The notes below the pieces were generated by a model. The model was not told the DNA's origin and did not search any database. It saw only the letters and a program-made list of their open reading frames with translations. A DNA stretch of 57,014 nt, the filler included, from Platydemus manokwari (lineage: Eukaryota), in NCBI GenBank assembly GCA_037951405.1. It is 4 parts of 4 records of this genome, joined end to end, with 100 filler letters (N's around TTAATTAATTAA, not from the genome) between each part and the next. Parts side by side here need not be neighbours in the genome. Positions count along the whole stretch, not along the records: positions 47,743 to 57,014 come from JBBMOY011273539.1; 3 more parts are not named here. One strand, given 5' to 3'. A program made the position numbers and the translations under genes. Positions 52,049 to 57,014 of this stretch are shown piece after piece (the stretch's first letter is position 1; each line of letters starts with the position of its first letter).

Positions 52049-55000
52049 TATAAATATCAATAATTTAAAAAGAAATACGCAATCATATCAACAGCACAAA
52101 TTAAGTTTATTTTGCTGGTATTTGTTTTGCAATTATTTAAAATTTTCGAATAGATCATGATTGGAATTTATAAATATAGACGGTTTCATATTAGGACTGG
52201 TCTTATCATTTTAATGTAGCTCTAATATTTAAATTTAACGTTAAATTAATTTTAAGTTTTTGATTTATAAAGATATGAAACAAATCGATAAATCATCATT
52301 TTCAAGTTGAATTTCGTCCATGTTGGTTGTAAAGATTTCCGATTTTTCTTTCTAATGTTAAGAGATTTATCCATCGATCTAGGAATATCTTCTTATTCAT
52401 AAGTATCAGATAAAACTTAGAATTTATCATTTAATAATCCAAACAATAATAAGTTTTAATTCACAGTATTTCAAATCATCACGTGATTATAAGAATCTTT
52501 CATTTTTTTTGAAATATATCTTATAATAAATAATGACCATAACAATTTAAGACATCATATTAAACTTTAAGATCCCAGAATTTGATTAAGAAGCAACTAT
52601 ATGCAACCCAACCATCCAATGTTAGTTCAAATCAAATTACACATTAAGATATTTTATGAATATAAGCTCAAGTAAATCTTATAGATTACATTAGTGAAGA
52701 AAATTTATTGCATTTAAGTTGCAGCTAAGAAACAAATATTCTTAATAAATCTTAATAACATGCGAGACATCAATATGAGTCACAAAAATATGTTTTGCAA
52801 AAATATTAAAATATTATGATTACTTATTCTTACAAAACAAAACGAGATGGCTTGCGAGTAGTTTAATTAAATAAATTCAGTTAATAATTTATTAAGAAAT
52901 TTATCGTGTATTACTTATTATACTTTAAAAATCATTTTTCATTTCGCTTTCTTGCTTCATTTAATTTAATTTTATGAATTCAATTATCAATTTCACCGAT
53001 GATAAAATGCAAAAGCATTACAAATACCCAGAGGTATCTCCGCGATTAGCCAGGACTAAGTTCGGGCAGGGAAAATTTGACTTTGATTAATTTAATATCC
53101 ACAAAAAATGGAAACGGGCAAAAATAAAACTTTTATGCGATAGATTTTACATGTTAAATGAGCCTTCATTCATTCATAAATAATTTTTTCAAAAAACATG
53201 ATTAAATTTTGATGGATTTTATAAAAAACATCAAATTGGTTCTTAAATTTAGTGTGTAATAACATGAAATAATGATTTATGAATCAATGCAAATCTACTT
53301 ACTGGTGAATACTAAAGATTGGTAGTATTGGATCTGTTACGATATAAACCTTTCGAAATAATTCAGTAAATCGTAATTACTAAAATTACAAAAATCATTT
53401 GTTCCAAAAAAAGAAAATAATCATTTCAAGAATTATTGATCATGAAAACTGATAACTCCTCTCGAGACTTGACTCTTTTTATAGGCTCTGTTGTTTGTGC
53501 CTACTTACCGTTTAAAGTTTAACTTCCTAATTTTAAGAGCCATTCGAAAACTTGCTCATGAGTTGGTAAATTTTCCTCTAACTCTTAAATCATTAGTGCT
53601 TTTCGAAATTCGTTGTTTTCTGTTAAAGTTCATTAAAAGAAAATTCGTAATCCAATCAAAAGTTGTAATTTGAAGTCCTATGGTTGGCTATTGGAATAAT
53701 GTGTTATATTTGACGGTGTGTATCTTCTTAAAGGCCTAATTTCAGGGTTTTTGGTCGAAATTTTTGAATAACTTCAGATACACTCCACACTCAATTAATA
53801 ACTAAGAAATCAATAAACAATATCATTTTCAATCGGTCACAGTATTTCTCCTAATGTTACTTTAATGCCTTGGCAAACACTACTGTTATTTGAAAGTCGA
53901 GGTTTCTGGAAATTTACATTATTGGTAATCTTGCCTTACTTATACAAAAACGTCTTCAGTCTCACAAACTCTCAGACATTAACATATTCATCTAAAGCAA
54001 GATCGTCTATGTTGACTGTATTCATCATATTAAAATTGCTAAACTTCAGGAAATAGATATTCTTGTTAGGAAGCAGCTCAAACTTATTATTGAAGTTTCT
54101 CAATTAAGTTAATTAAGACTGCATCATAAAATCAATTGTGCATTGTCTTTACTAAATTTAGAATAGACAAGCACTTGTGCGTTCTATTTCAGTCAATAAA
54201 GCACTTCGTCTTCTCAAATATCCTAATAATCTCTCTGAAAGATGTTCTAATCTGGCTATGTTTCCATAGGGAGACAAAACAGAGTTAGGCAAGATCCTTG
54301 AAGTTATCCAACATGATTCTAGGAAACTTAACATATCTGTTTTATTTGTTCTTGTGGATGATAAAATATCCTTGAAAGACTTCCAAAATAAACCTACTCA
54401 TCGCAAATCTTGATATCACAGTGTCATTGTCAGCTTTTTGAAGACCAAAGAAATACCAAAACTGGATTCAATAAATCAAAAGTGGTAGATATGATAATAA
54501 TGCTGTGCTATTAGGAGGGGTTTTGTGGGGACCACCTATTGACGAATTTTATTTTTTGAATAAATCCCGTACACATGCACTTCTACATTTAATATGAAAT
54601 ATATTCAGGACATGGTCGTTAGAACATGTAGACATTAATTGATATGGTTGGGTTGCGGTTAATTTTAGATTTTACTGGTTCTGGGGCTTCAGTAACTGGT
54701 GTGATGATCTTCATTGCATTTATAAAAATTTGCTCAAGTTAATTTTACACATCGATATAAATTACTAGAGTTATACATTTATAAAACTTGGTTATTTTTA
54801 CACATCTATATAAATTACTAAAGATAAAATAATAAATAAAAAGTATTATTAACACAAAATTGTTAAGATTTAATGTTATTTTTCGCCTTGCTTGGACCGA
54901 TCCCCAACAGAAGTGCGAATAGAATGACGAAGACAGGAAAACCATACATGAATGAAAATTATGAAAGTTTAGTCACTGTTCAGTAAGTCTTGGTCTCATT

Positions 55001-56639
55001 CTAATAATTTAAGACGTTATCATAAAATCCAATGTTATTTAAATATATAGTTATTTTTTATAGTTATGATTATGTTTGATAATCATTTTCCTGCTATTTC
55101 GAAGCATCATAGAATGTTTCATGACAAATTTAATTTATAAATCCAAAAAATCTACATTCAAAATAAGGGACTGATTAAATAATAGATTAATTCTAAATTG
55201 AAAACAAAAAAAATTATTTTAGCACTAAAATTGAATCTTAAAATTTGAGCCAACATTTACTTTTATTTGCAATAAATTAAATAATTATAAAATACAGTTC
55301 AAAAAAAAATTAATCTGCAATAAAATGAATGAATAAAGTTAATTTAAATTAATTATAAACATAAATTTTAATCTTCATTCATTTTGTCAGTGACCTTTAA
55401 TAATTTTCGAAAAAACAGCCATCAAAAATTAAAAATATTTAATATTTAAAAATATTCTTATATTAATTCAACTAAACAAACCAGTAGAAATATTTTGAAA
55501 CACGTAATTACTTTTATAAATTGTTTTCAATATGAAGTTTTGCAAATATGAATAAAATGCTGATTGAGTGAAACTAATAATTCTTAACCATGGGAGAATA
55601 AATGTCTCTATCAGTTATTTATTGACAAAACAATTCTTATCTGATTCGAATTGACTGATAATAGTGTCGTGAATTCACTGACTGTTGTGAATGTGTTTTT
55701 ACATTTTATATAAAACAAAACAATTTTATAAATATTTTAAACAAAACCATCAATGGTTAAATGTAGCGAACTGAAATTGATTATCCCAAGGGGGATTATC
55801 AAAGGGGTTTATTCAAAATATAAATAAATGATTTTACAAACCAAACAATTAATTGCAATATAGACAAATTGAGTGGATACTCAAAGATAATGAGAAAAGT
55901 ATTAAGCTTGAAAGCTCGGAAATCCTTAGTAGAAAAAGTGATATTATGAAAATGAATTTGGACCTTCATTAATGTAACTGAAATATTCCAGTGTGTAAGA
56001 AATAATGTTATATTACTTGTGTTACTTTTAAGATTGTATACTCATCATATCTAAGAACTCTAAGAATTCATCCGAGTTTTTATGTTTTTAAATAAGCACT
56101 TATGTCGAAATATGAAACAACTCAGTAGTATATAGCCAAGGTTACCGAGAACCAAGAGTCCTCGCAGGTAGACTAAAGGCATGGTGAGCCATCTATGGTC
56201 AAATCAATCCCAATTAGGTAACAGAATAAAACAGATACTGTATCTTCAACAGTTTTATTGCTTGATAATAATCATAACGAATTTCCTTCAGAAAATAATT
56301 TTCGATTGCTTTCCAAGATCCAAAAAAGATAATAACTAAACTAAAGCTATAAATGGTATTGTCATTCACGTTTCTGTCAAAAATTACACACATTTATTAG
56401 GTCGCATTTATTACATCAAAAGAAAAGAAGTAAACGTTGAGGATTTCAATGTTTTCAATATTATATGAGCATTATTTGCATGGCACATTAAAAATAAGAT
56501 TGCGGTTCCTCGACAAACAGAGGTTCCATATCCACAGAAATATAGAAAACCTTGAAATAACGTCTAAACCTTGTCACAAATAAACCAATTATCTGAAGGT
56601 TTTACGTACCACGCACAAGGGTCTTAATTCATATAACGA

Positions 56640-56810
56640 GAATCTCTATCAAGTTACCTGTAACTGAAAATGAAAAATTACCTTGGTAGATATTATAGTA
56701 AAAAATGAATAAAGGATATAATGAAGAATTCACAACATATGCATTCGCGTTTCCAAACACTTATGTAAAAGGTAGAAAGCACATAATATTAGATAAATAT
56801 TTAATAGTGA
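56640..56810 (+). mobile_element. Possible Penelope-like RT remnant
   Basis: TENEKLP/VDIIVKNE (frameshifted LPFLD-like) followed by TYVKGRK...KYL. Confidence 0.25.
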
Positions 56811-57014
56811 AATATTTTTCTATAAATTTCTTATACTAACAATGACCAGAATATTGACGATTTCTTCTCCAAGTGATAAAAGGTAAATATTATGTCACTT
56901 AAAAAATATAATAAATGTTATCCAAATGAATTATACTAAACGATTGCTTTCTATTGTAAAGAGTTATAATTTCAAAATATTTTCACAGACGTATTATCGT
57001 GCGTTTATTGAGAA

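Overview
Very AT-rich, TE-littered eukaryotic (metazoan) genomic DNA. Short 41-81 nt GT-AG introns, mariner, NeSL and Penelope-like debris and the gene content suggest a triclad flatworm (planarian); this is inference. Three 100-nt scaffold gaps each carry an artificial TTAATTAATTAA linker. Host genes reconstructed by hand-splicing: the 3' four exons of folliculin (FLCN); a ~2055-aa two-exon type I membrane protein with ~14-15 Ig-like domains and a central MIDAS-less vWA-like domain; mitochondrial MnSOD (SOD2); an intronless rhodopsin-family GPCR broken by one TAA; NXT1/p15; and two divergently oriented MPC2 paralogs with identical exon structure. Mobile DNA: a decayed Polinton/adintovirus-type protein-primed DNA polymerase B containing a GC-rich cluster of GNA-loop mini-hairpins, a Ulp1-bearing NeSL-like non-LTR retrotransposon apparently nested in an older LINE, a stand-alone decayed Ulp1 domain, several Tc1/mariner remnants, and RTE, hAT and Penelope-like fragments. 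No tRNA, rRNA or CRISPR was seen. All family calls come from motif recognition by eye; no searches were run.
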